Origin: a virus
Direction: 5' to 3' (one strand)
Virus record (IMG/VR): IMGVR_UViG_3300008267_000780
Coordinates: 1 to 64,000 of that record
DNA length: 64,000 nt
Below are positions 1 through 8,451 of this stretch, in pieces (position 1 is the first letter of the stretch; each line of letters begins with the position of its first letter). The notes under the pieces were generated by a model. The model saw nothing but the letters and a program-made list of their open reading frames with translations. It did no database searches and was not told the origin of the DNA. The position numbers and the translations under genes are program-made.

Positions 1-130
1 AATAGTGTAAGTTTGTTGTTTATTGTTTGTCATTGCTTAGATTTTGTTTTTAATTGTCCGTACCATTCTGAAAATTTCTTGTTCATATTATTTTTTTATT
101 GTTTGTCATTGTTTACCTCCTTGTATTTTA

Positions 131-394
131 TCACGCATCCATTTTGCGCCGTATTTCAAAATGCATCCATTTTGCACCAAATAAAAATCCCTTGTCCCAT
201 TCATCCATTAATCCATGAAGCGGTTTAATTGCATTTTTAAGTATTTCCTCATCACTTGGTAGTTCGATGGGGGTTAGTGAGTTTACAATATCACATTCTT
301 CTGATGTTATTAGATAATGATATTTGTCTGCCATTTGAATAGCATCTCTCATTTGTTCTTCTGTGTATAGTTTCATTTGTTTATTGTTGCTCAT
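131..394 (-). CDS. hypothetical phage protein
   Basis: 87-aa ORF with ATG start in the leftward block; no recognised domain. Confidence 0.6.
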   Translation of the reverse strand: MSNNKQMKLYTEEQMRDAIQMADKYHYLITSEECDIVNSLTPIELPSDEEILKNAIKPLHGLMDEWDKGFLFGAKWMHFEIRRKMDA

Positions 395-558
395 TTTTTT
401 GATTTTCTGCGTTTAATTTTTCGTTCTTCTTTGTATTCTTTGATTCTTAAAATCTTGCTTTTTGCTTGGTTTTCTTTGGTTTCTTGGGCCCTCATAAAAA
501 CTAAAAGGGCCCCAAATATTTCACCATTTATTTTCATCCAAAACTGAACCCGAGATTT

Positions 559-1155
559 TTAATATACACCCTGTTGAAGTTTTTCCAATTCCTGTTGATG
601 TAGAGTGATATTGCTGATGACCTCATAAAGAACCGTTATCAAGCCGCCATTTGTGATTTCTACAGAAACTCCCAAATTTGGGTGTTCGGGTAAATCAAAC
701 CAAAGGCTCGTCCACGTTGCATTATCGTTTTCAATCGCTTGAAGTTCGTATCCATCACCCTCGTAATATGGGGAACTGAAGTATTCATACTTTTCACTAA
801 TGGGACCGTACTTTGATTCCAAAACACCCACCATAGAATTGTACTTGGTTTTTGATGATTCCCACGTTTCCGTGCCTGAATAAATAATCAACAGTTTTCT
901 GACCTTTTTAGAAGTGATAGTGTGATACACCGTAACGGTGACTTGTTCGTTTACAAGTTTTCCTTTCAAACTTGTGTAACTACCGTCAGTTTTGTTGACC
1001 ACGAAGCCTTTCGAAACCAATGCATTGATGACCAAATTTTTGTGTTGGTTCAATTGGATTCCATAAAAAACCTGTGAACTGAGTTGAATTGGCATCCATA
1101 TACAAACGATTGCAAGGAGCACTGATTTTTTGAGATACATTTTGAGTGTTTTCAT
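559..1155 (-). CDS. exported hypothetical protein with signal peptide
   Basis: basic N-terminus plus hydrophobic stretch SVLLAIVCIWMPIQLSSQ ending at a Q, typical of Bacteroidota secreted proteins. Confidence 0.65.
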   Translation of the reverse strand: MKTLKMYLKKSVLLAIVCIWMPIQLSSQVFYGIQLNQHKNLVINALVSKGFVVNKTDGSYTSLKGKLVNEQVTVTVYHTITSKKVRKLLIIYSGTETWESSKTKYNSMVGVLESKYGPISEKYEYFSSPYYEGDGYELQAIENDNATWTSLWFDLPEHPNLGVSVEITNGGLITVLYEVISNITLHQQELEKLQQGVY

Positions 1156-1859
1156 ATTTTGTTTTTGTGTTTTACGTGGTGGATGTAATCGGGCAACAAT
1201 TTGCGGAATGAATAAGACTGAACGAATTCTTTGAACATCTGCTCAAAAAACTCATATTGCTTGATTTTGTGTGAGCGCAAAAGAGTGTTAAAACTGTCTC
1301 CTAAGTCTTGGGGGTATGTAAAGGCAAAAGACGTAGACTCTCTTTCGGTATTCGCGATGCGCTCGGATTGTTTGATACGGTCAATAATCATATTTCTATA
1401 TCGGGGACGTTCTATAGCAATAAGCATCATTCCACGGGCAACATCAGAAAGTTTATATCCTGAATCTTTTAATTGACGGGCAAACATCGTTGCAATCGCA
1501 GGGTCTACACAAACTTGTGTTCCTTTTTTCTGAATCTTCACCTTTGGATTAAGGGATAATCCTACTTCATTTTCGGGATTCGTTTGGACATAGGATTCGA
1601 TTGGAGCCTTTGTAATATCCGAAAATTCATCCTTGTTAATATTGGCTTCCACGGATAAAGCAATGTTCAAATTGTGATTTTTCGTTTCGAGTTGCTTGAT
1701 TTCAGCCCTTAGCATAATGTTCTCTTCAACCAATTGACGATTGTAAATAAGCATTTCCCTAATAATCATAGGGGTTTCAGAATTTAGTGTTTCACTTTCC
1801 TTGTGGCTCAAGTCAAACAGCGGGGTTTTGCGAATGTGGTGTTCCATTTGATGTGTCAT
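1152..1859 (-). CDS. hypothetical protein with coiled coil, possibly DNA-binding
   Basis: 235-aa ORF overlapping the next gene by 4 nt; heptad-like segment LVEENIMLRAEIKQLE. Confidence 0.6.
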   Translation of the reverse strand: MTHQMEHHIRKTPLFDLSHKESETLNSETPMIIREMLIYNRQLVEENIMLRAEIKQLETKNHNLNIALSVEANINKDEFSDITKAPIESYVQTNPENEVGLSLNPKVKIQKKGTQVCVDPAIATMFARQLKDSGYKLSDVARGMMLIAIERPRYRNMIIDRIKQSERIANTERESTSFAFTYPQDLGDSFNTLLRSHKIKQYEFFEQMFKEFVQSYSFRKLLPDYIHHVKHKNKI

Positions 1860-2051
1860 TTTTGTTTGTTATCTATTTGTTTTCTCTATGCAAGATTAGT
1901 GCGTCTATTTTATTTCTGCAATAATGTTGATAAAAAATCTTCGTTGATGTTTGTGAATGGACAAAAATGTTTGTGAATGGTTTTAATATGTTTAGAAAAT
2001 AGCAAACAGGCTGAGATTTTAAGAAAATACGATTTGACAAAAATGGGCTTG

Positions 2052-2149
2052 GTAACATTATATGTAACGTCAAAAGTAATGAAATATAACAATATAGTCA
2101 AACAGTTAAGTAACATTATCGTAACGGTAAGTGGAACGATACGGGTAAC
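2052..2149. repeat. phased array of GTAAC-like pentamers
   Basis: GTAAC at 2052, 2064, 2110, 2121, 2145, with variants at 2076, 2086, 2099, 2133; spacing 10-13 bp. Confidence 0.55.
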
Positions 2150-2230
2150 GGTGCAAAATACTTTACAGATTAGCCAAATGTGAATAAAGAAGAATTGCTG
2201 TTTTGAAAAAGTTAGCGTAAAATTGCACTT

Positions 2231-2446
2231 ATGGAAGATTCAACTTACGAAGAAATCTACAACATTGTAGAATTTGCGATTGACGATGCGATTATCACAT
2301 ACGACATCGATGAAAGGCCAATTATGGATAAGGTCAAATTACACGAAGTGATTACAGAAATAATTATGAAGCGCGAAAAGGCCCTGAGGAAACGCTTGAA
2401 CAAGGAAATAAATGAAAGTGTAAAAAATATTTTGGAAAATAATTGA
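2231..2446 (+). CDS. hypothetical protein
   Basis: 71-aa ORF, first gene of the rightward block. Confidence 0.6.
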   Translation: MEDSTYEEIYNIVEFAIDDAIITYDIDERPIMDKVKLHEVITEIIMKREKALRKRLNKEINESVKNILENN

Positions 2447-2472
2447 CTTATTTCCTAAAATAATTATTTTTG
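2443..2472 (+). promoter_or_regulatory. Bacteroidota-type sigma-A promoter
   Basis: TTG (2443) - 19 nt - TATTTTTG (2465-2472) matches the -33/-7 TAnnTTTG consensus; ORF starts at 2493. Confidence 0.6.
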
Positions 2473-2492
2473 CCCCTACAAGCATAACAACT

Positions 2493-2654
2493 ATGAGTAT
2501 AATTGAGCCATTTCCCGAAGGTTTTGACCAACAGGACCATTATGAAAAACTGTTTAATAGCGATGACAGTCAAGAGTTTTGCAATTGTGACATTAGCGAA
2601 GAATTACAGGATGAAGATGGGGTGTGTAGCGTTTGCGGATATAAATATGAATAA
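2493..2654 (+). CDS. small acidic Zn-ribbon-like protein (53 aa, not in ORF track)
   Basis: read by hand: MSIIEPFPEG...FCNC...GVCSVCGYKYE. Confidence 0.55.
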   Translation: MSIIEPFPEGFDQQDHYEKLFNSDDSQEFCNCDISEELQDEDGVCSVCGYKYE

Positions 2655-2666
2655 ATACGAATAAAT

Positions 2667-3050
2667 ATGAATATGGATACAATAACATCACAGCCATTTT
2701 TGACTACGGTAAGCGCACTATTAGTCATTGGATTAATTAGGGTATTAAAACAATTAGCCTCAGAAAAAAGACATCGTTTAAAAGAACTTGAGTCTTTGGA
2801 TGAAGACGAGGACGATGAATATGACCCCGAAACCGAATTGGGTATTGGTGCTTATCAGAAGCCAATTGCGTTCAGTCAAAACGAAATAGTTTTGAATCAT
2901 TTGGCGAGCGGTTTAATGTGTGATAAAGAAATGGCCAAGAAACATAAAATCAAGAAGTTATCGGCTGTCATATCCACGCTGAAGAAAAAAGGTTATGTAA
3001 TCGACTACGTGAAGGTTGGAAGCCGCAAGGGGTATGTATTCAAAAATTAA
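2667..3050 (+). CDS. membrane-anchored protein with C-terminal winged HTH
   Basis: N-terminal hydrophobic helix; SQNEIVLNHL...KLSAVISTLKKKGYVI wHTH pattern. Confidence 0.6.
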   Translation: MNMDTITSQPFLTTVSALLVIGLIRVLKQLASEKRHRLKELESLDEDEDDEYDPETELGIGAYQKPIAFSQNEIVLNHLASGLMCDKEMAKKHKIKKLSAVISTLKKKGYVIDYVKVGSRKGYVFKN

Positions 3051-3052
3051 AA

Positions 3053-3277
3053 ATGGCAATCACTAAATTGGCAAAACTGCTCATTCTGAAAGGGATGACG
3101 CAACAGGAATTATATAACCTTGTTCAACAAAAAACGGGAAAAGCGATACAATTGTACCGTATAAGTACAATGGTGAATGGTAAATTGACTGATTACAAAG
3201 TAAGCACAGCGCGAACTTTGGCAAAAGCCTTAGAAGTTTCAACCGATGAAATAATCGAAGACCACTTTGAAAATTAA
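3053..3277 (+). CDS. Cro/C1-type HTH regulator
   Basis: KGMTQQELY...ISTMVNGK...TARTLAKALEVSTDEII. Confidence 0.8.
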   Translation: MAITKLAKLLILKGMTQQELYNLVQQKTGKAIQLYRISTMVNGKLTDYKVSTARTLAKALEVSTDEIIEDHFEN

Positions 3278-3917
3278 AGACTTCTTTAAACGGGTAGTTA
3301 GTAAAGGTGAGCATCATATGATGGTGTGGGTGGTTGTATTTGCAAATCTTGATGAACCAATTTCCTTATCGAAGATTGGTCAAAAGGTGCGCATTTCTAA
3401 AACCCACGTTTTCAGGATTATTCAATGGGGAATCGATGTTTTGAAAGAATTGGAAGTGGAGTGTCAATACAGTAGTGACTCTAACGGAATCACGGTCAGT
3501 GTTGGAAAAGCCGCAGTGAAAACAAAAGAAATTTCAAAAGTCGCGCAAGAAACAAAATCAATGCCGACAGCAAAAAATACCGAAACTACCATTCAGATTA
3601 TTCTGTACCTGAATGAAAAAGCAAACAAGAATTTTTCAGTTGAAGCAAAAGAGGCTAAAAGATGCATCAATGCGCGTATTTCAGAAGGATACTCACTGAA
3701 TGATTTTAAAAAGGTGATAGATATAAAAGTCAGCAAATGGCTAAACACCCCACAGGAAGACTACCTCAGACCCATAACTTTATTCGGAACCAAATTCAAT
3801 TCTTATTTAAATGAACGACCCCAAAACGAACAAATCACTAACCAAAGTAACATCGCAAGAACAATCGCTGTCGCTAACAAAGTCGCAAGCGAACTTAGCG
3901 GTATGGACTCGGAATAG
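3267..3917 (+). CDS. phage replication initiator-like protein (N-terminal HTH, conserved phage C-terminal domain)
   Basis: ILYLNEKA...INARISEGYSLNDFKKVID...YLRPITLFGTKFNSYLNE matches the Phg_2220_C-type motif. Confidence 0.75.
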   Translation: MKIKDFFKRVVSKGEHHMMVWVVVFANLDEPISLSKIGQKVRISKTHVFRIIQWGIDVLKELEVECQYSSDSNGITVSVGKAAVKTKEISKVAQETKSMPTAKNTETTIQIILYLNEKANKNFSVEAKEAKRCINARISEGYSLNDFKKVIDIKVSKWLNTPQEDYLRPITLFGTKFNSYLNERPQNEQITNQSNIARTIAVANKVASELSGMDSE

Positions 3918-4698
3918 TGTTGAAAAGGAAGTAGTGCTCGCGGCCTACGGAAAGCAAATTGGAAACTACACAACCACGGAGGACTTGACCAAATTGATTG
4001 GGATGGTAACGAAGTGGCGCATTATGTTGGGTCTGAGTAAGGAAATGAGTGAAGAGGAACTGAAAATAAACGTACAGTTCATCAAAACCAATTATCCAAA
4101 ATTTACCCTAAAGGACATTGATATAGCAATCAATTGGTCCTTGCAAGGCAAACTTGGAGTAACTGTAGAACCGTATGGCGCGTTTTCGCCTCTGTACATC
4201 AGTCGTATCTTGAATGCCTATGGTGCTAAGTCCGAAGAAATGATTAACGAAGTGCTTCAACGGAAAAAGTTGGAGGCTCGATTACAAGCATCAGAAAAGA
4301 CCGTTTTGACCTACGATGAAAGTGTCAAACAACGGAGGGAATACATCGTTTGGTTTATCAATAAAATCAAAAATGAAAACAAATACATTGGTGACTTTGA
4401 CAACATTATGTGGGATTTCGTAACCAAATACAACCTGATAAAAGTCAATGAAAAATGGACTGAGCAAGCGAGTGAATTTGCAGATGGTGAAATTTTGCGC
4501 GAAAATATGGATGAAGGCTATGCCAAATTTTATGACAAATTGAATTTCAACGATAAGAAGGTCGAAATGAAAAAGCGTCGTGAAATGTATGGACGTTACT
4601 ATCTCCTAAAGAAGTATTTTGACACCATTGAAAACCCTGCGAATTGGATTTCCCGATACGATGACAATATGTTAATAGCACCACCAAAAAACAAGTAA
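3811..4698 (+). CDS. hypothetical protein, possible helicase loader
   Basis: 295-aa ORF overlapping the initiator gene; role inferred from position only. Confidence 0.5.
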   Translation: MNDPKTNKSLTKVTSQEQSLSLTKSQANLAVWTRNSVEKEVVLAAYGKQIGNYTTTEDLTKLIGMVTKWRIMLGLSKEMSEEELKINVQFIKTNYPKFTLKDIDIAINWSLQGKLGVTVEPYGAFSPLYISRILNAYGAKSEEMINEVLQRKKLEARLQASEKTVLTYDESVKQRREYIVWFINKIKNENKYIGDFDNIMWDFVTKYNLIKVNEKWTEQASEFADGEILRENMDEGYAKFYDKLNFNDKKVEMKKRREMYGRYYLLKKYFDTIENPANWISRYDDNMLIAPPKNK

Positions 4699-4699
4699 A

Positions 4700-5335
4700 A
4701 TGGACGAATTTAGCACCCTTTGTTTGGGTATTCCAACAATAAACCAAGCGGAACTTTTGAATAAAGCCCTTGAGACCTACAAAGACACGTTCTACGGTAG
4801 GCACATTTTCATAGTAGATAACGGAAATCAAAAAATCAATAGGGTTTCTCAGGGAATGAAAATTATGCTCCAAAAGCAAAACATAGGAGTTGCTGCCTCT
4901 TGGAACCTGATTTGTAAAATGGCGTTTTCTCAGGGATACACCCACGTAGCAATAATGAATGATGATATCGTTTGTGAAAAATATGCTGACGACCTTGAAG
5001 ACTTCATTGATATTACAGGAGCGGGAATATATACAGGGTATAAAAACTTCTCAGTGTTTATCATTTCATACGAAACATATAAGTACATTGGACCTTTTGA
5101 TGAAGACTTTATAGGAGCCTATTTTGAAGACAGCGATTACTTGTACCGATGCAAATTGAAAGGGGTATTTATCGAGCAAACAGAGTTGCTTAATCCTGAA
5201 GTTTACAACCAATCAATGAGTATTCGTAAAGACCCACAACTGAATAAAAATTTTGAGGAAAACAAAGCCCGTTACCTAAAGAAATGGGGCGGTGTTCCAA
5301 CTGAAGAAAAATATTTAACCCCCTACAACCAATAA
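4700..5335 (+). CDS. glycosyltransferase family 2
   Basis: IVDNG, NIGVAASWN, MNDD (DxD-like), FDEDF..AYFEDSDY. Confidence 0.85.
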   Translation: MDEFSTLCLGIPTINQAELLNKALETYKDTFYGRHIFIVDNGNQKINRVSQGMKIMLQKQNIGVAASWNLICKMAFSQGYTHVAIMNDDIVCEKYADDLEDFIDITGAGIYTGYKNFSVFIISYETYKYIGPFDEDFIGAYFEDSDYLYRCKLKGVFIEQTELLNPEVYNQSMSIRKDPQLNKNFEENKARYLKKWGGVPTEEKYLTPYNQ

Positions 5336-5336
5336 T

Positions 5337-5612
5337 ATGAACAATCAAGAAAAAAGAATCCAACCGTCAATATTTGATTGGATGGTCAAATTGTTTGAGT
5401 TCCCTGCAACACTGATTATTTCAATGATGTGGGCCCTAAGATTTATTTATTTGGCCAAAAAAAGGCAATTCGACACGGAGGACTTCAGTATCTCACTGTT
5501 AAGGGTTTGGAAAGAGAATGTCGATTACGCAAGTTTTCACCTTTTTCTTTGGAAAATGCCCGTGACCATCATTTTTTATGTATCATTAATCCTATTTATG
5601 ATTTTTTTATGA
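5337..5612 (+). CDS. hypothetical membrane protein
   Basis: two hydrophobic segments; coupled to neighbours. Confidence 0.5.
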   Translation: MNNQEKRIQPSIFDWMVKLFEFPATLIISMMWALRFIYLAKKRQFDTEDFSISLLRVWKENVDYASFHLFLWKMPVTIIFYVSLILFMIFL

Positions 5613-5914
5613 AATTCAGAGACCCCAAAATTTATGCTGTAGAAATACACAGTAAAGACCCTTTAAGAAAGGTCAGTAGCCCGTTTGAATATTTGTACGA
5701 ATACTCAATTAAAGACGGATGGTACAATGGTTCAAAGCAACCTGAATTTGCAAAAAAAATGTCTTTGTCTGAGGCGAGTATGTTCATTTCCACATTCTCC
5801 AAAATGTATCCCGAATTTTTCCATATCACGTTGATTAAATCATACAATGTGCCCGTGGAATTAGGTAAAAACAACACTATCGTATTGGAATCAGCAATGA
5901 ATTCGATGGAATAA
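5609..5914 (+). CDS. hypothetical protein
   Basis: ATG at 5609 overlapping the previous stop (ATGA). Confidence 0.55.
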   Translation: MKFRDPKIYAVEIHSKDPLRKVSSPFEYLYEYSIKDGWYNGSKQPEFAKKMSLSEASMFISTFSKMYPEFFHITLIKSYNVPVELGKNNTIVLESAMNSME

Positions 5915-5948
5915 TCAATTTCAAAAAAATATTTTAGAAAATATAATT

Positions 5949-6284
5949 ATGAGCGAAGAAAAAAAAGCCCCCGCACCTATTCAGATTTCACACACCTACA
6001 GTCTTGTCGAGTACAATGTGGTGAAAAAAGCCAAAATGTTACAAAAGGATGGTTTTATGGTAAAATGCCATAAATGCGGCCCTCAGTTGATTCCAAACAA
6101 TCAATTGGGCACATTGGTCCCCCTTTACGAACATTGTTCTACACACTGCTCGAGAGCGTTAATTGGTGTTGAAAATGACAAGGTAGTCTACATTCAAACT
6201 TGTGAAGTACAGAATCAAAAGTTTGTGATTGATAACGCAAACATTTCAACTGAAAAGGAAAGCCCCTTGTTTGTAAGTCGATGA
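5949..6284 (+). CDS. hypothetical Cys-rich protein
   Basis: CHKC and CSTHC motifs. Confidence 0.6.
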   Translation: MSEEKKAPAPIQISHTYSLVEYNVVKKAKMLQKDGFMVKCHKCGPQLIPNNQLGTLVPLYEHCSTHCSRALIGVENDKVVYIQTCEVQNQKFVIDNANISTEKESPLFVSR

Positions 6285-7504
6285 AGAGAATCTTAGCGTA
6301 TATGGACTTTGACTGCCCTACGGGGTTCGGCAACGTGTCCAAAAACCTTTTTGAGAGACTCACGCCATTCTTCGAAAAGAATGATATTCAAGTGGACGTG
6401 TGCGCAACGAACTATGGCAATAAGGAAACTTTACACTACCACAAAAATGTGACTGTATATAATGCGAAATCATTTGCCAAAAATATGAGTGACAAATGGT
6501 ATCGCGATGGGTTTTTAAAATTATTGCAAAGCAAACCTTACGACCTCGTATGGATGATGAATGATTTGCCCGTTATCGATGCATTTATGTCATTGATGCC
6601 CGTGATTAGGGAAAGTAAGGTCAAGTTGATGCATCCTGAGTTCAAACTATTGTTGTACACACCCATCGATAGCAATCCCGACCCATCTTGGTTTAAACAC
6701 GCAAAAGATTTTGACCAAATAATCACTTACACCAAATATGGTTTTGATGAAATACAAAAAATCAAACGGTTGAAAAACCTTGAGGTTATCCCTCACGGAT
6801 TTGACACTAAGAATTTTTTCGAACAATCAGGTCAGAAAGAAGAGTGCAGGAAACGCGTAGGGATACCTCAGGGTAAATTCGTCATCGGGACGGTGAACAA
6901 AAATCAGCCACGAAAAGATATGGCTAATGCTTTAATTGCGTTTGCTGAATTTAAAGACACTTTAACCAAGGGACATAATGTGTGTTTGTATCTGCACACA
7001 TATTATGACGACCCAACAGGGGTGAATTTACGAACAGTAGGAGATAAATTGGGGCTTGTTTGGGAAAAGGATTATACAATGCCGATGCACAAAAAGTACA
7101 CTGACGGGGCCTACACGCTTTCCGATATGAATGATGTTTACAATTCTTTCGATGTGTTTTTGACCACGTCTACGGCAGAAGGGTGGGGATTAACTTTAAC
7201 TGAAGCCATTTGCTGTAAACTTCCAATCATATTTGGATATCACACGTCTCAAAAGGAAATAGCGGCACCTTTGAAGTCGGGAAAGTGTATTGAATTGACG
7301 AAGAGCGTTCAAATTCACGATGGTAACGCAATTCGTTACAAATTGAATCCTACCGAGATTGCTAAATGGATGAATTTATTCTACAAGCAATATCAAGCAG
7401 GGGAGAAGGAGAATTTTGATAAGTATGACGAAGTGATAAAAAAGTACAATTGGGATTCAATAGCAATTGAATGGTCAGTGATTATTGCTAAATTGCTTAA
7501 ATGA
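6281..7504 (+). CDS. glycosyltransferase family 4 (GT-B)
   Basis: TGFGNV, VIPHG, NKNQPRKD, EGWGLTLTEA (ExFGxxxxEA motif). Confidence 0.9.
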   Translation: MKRILAYMDFDCPTGFGNVSKNLFERLTPFFEKNDIQVDVCATNYGNKETLHYHKNVTVYNAKSFAKNMSDKWYRDGFLKLLQSKPYDLVWMMNDLPVIDAFMSLMPVIRESKVKLMHPEFKLLLYTPIDSNPDPSWFKHAKDFDQIITYTKYGFDEIQKIKRLKNLEVIPHGFDTKNFFEQSGQKEECRKRVGIPQGKFVIGTVNKNQPRKDMANALIAFAEFKDTLTKGHNVCLYLHTYYDDPTGVNLRTVGDKLGLVWEKDYTMPMHKKYTDGAYTLSDMNDVYNSFDVFLTTSTAEGWGLTLTEAICCKLPIIFGYHTSQKEIAAPLKSGKCIELTKSVQIHDGNAIRYKLNPTEIAKWMNLFYKQYQAGEKENFDKYDEVIKKYNWDSIAIEWSVIIAKLLK

Positions 7505-7641
7505 ATTGGGAAACCTACTTGACTACATTATTGGTGATATCGAACATCACTTGGCTTTTGTTATTTAGAGTCGTTCATAAAGTTGCTGAATCAAGACGTG
7601 ACATTATCAATCAACTTTTGGAGGAAAAGAAAAGGGCGTAA
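7501..7641 (+). CDS. small membrane protein (46 aa, not in ORF track)
   Basis: MNWETYLTTLLVISNITWLLLFRVVHK...; ATGA overlap with the GT4 stop. Confidence 0.5.
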   Translation: MNWETYLTTLLVISNITWLLLFRVVHKVAESRRDIINQLLEEKKRA

Positions 7642-7656
7642 CATTCCGCTACGCCC
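7625..7656 (-). terminator. intrinsic terminator
   Basis: minus strand GGGCGTAGC-GGAAT-GTTACGCCC-TTTTCTTTT. Confidence 0.7.
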
Positions 7657-7702
7657 ACTCCTCAGCCGAGTTTGTTCAGACAAACTTGATACAAGTCGTT
7701 AA

Positions 7703-7810
7703 TTAACGATTCTTGTAAACCAAGTAAGCGAGCAAAGCAATGGTAACGGTGTTGTGAACATTCACTCCACCCAACCAATTGGGGCTTTTGATGTCGAAAA
7801 ATCCATTCAT
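7703..7810 (-). CDS. 35-aa membrane peptide (not in ORF track)
   Basis: MNGFFDIKSPNWLGGVNVHNTVTIALLAYLVYKNR followed by its own terminator. Confidence 0.5.
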   Translation of the reverse strand: MNGFFDIKSPNWLGGVNVHNTVTIALLAYLVYKNR

Positions 7811-8008
7811 AGTTTTTTTGTCATAAATTTGACTCTACAAATATCAATTACAAATTCATTGAATATGTAAGGTGGTTAATTGTAGTAAAATAAAATCAAT
7901 CAATTTGCTACAACTAAATCAAAATCAATCACTTACGCGTAATCAATAATGAATAATTGATATTAAAGGAAACTTAAAACCACTTTAATACATTCAATTT
8001 ACATCATT

Positions 8009-8395
8009 ATGAGAAAAGGTCGTAAGTCTTTATCGCAAACACCCGCACCAAAAAAGGAACAAATAAGGGGTAGTAAAACCAATCCCGCAGGAAGTGCTTC
8101 GAGTAAATCGAGTGCTAAATCTATTCAGTTTAGCGATGCGACTGAAAAAACCATCCGCGCGAAAGTGGCAGCACACAACCTGAAATACCCAAGCAAGAAA
8201 ATTACGGTGGCTACAGCCAATGCCGTTGTCCGTAGAGGGATGGGAGCATATTCGGTAAGCCACAGGCCCACAATAAGCGGTGGGGCCCCAAATTCGCGCA
8301 CAGCGTGGGGAATTGCAAGGCTAAATAAGTTTATGGAAAAGAAAGTCGGAAAGCCCGTAAAGGCCGCTTATGTTCAAGATGATGACTTACTTTGA
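8009..8395 (+). CDS. basic protein, DUF5824-like
   Basis: VVRRGMGAYSVSHRP...AWGIARLNKF resembles a motif I recall from giant-virus proteins. Confidence 0.6.
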   Translation: MRKGRKSLSQTPAPKKEQIRGSKTNPAGSASSKSSAKSIQFSDATEKTIRAKVAAHNLKYPSKKITVATANAVVRRGMGAYSVSHRPTISGGAPNSRTAWGIARLNKFMEKKVGKPVKAAYVQDDDLL

Positions 8396-8451
8396 GATAG
8401 ATATGGCTATATGTTTGAATTATAAGAAAAATACACCAAATTTGTACTAAT

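Noticed and set aside
484-514. GGGCCC inverted repeat
   Set aside because: Long loop, no U-tract, and it lies within a possible short minus-strand ORF; function unsupported.
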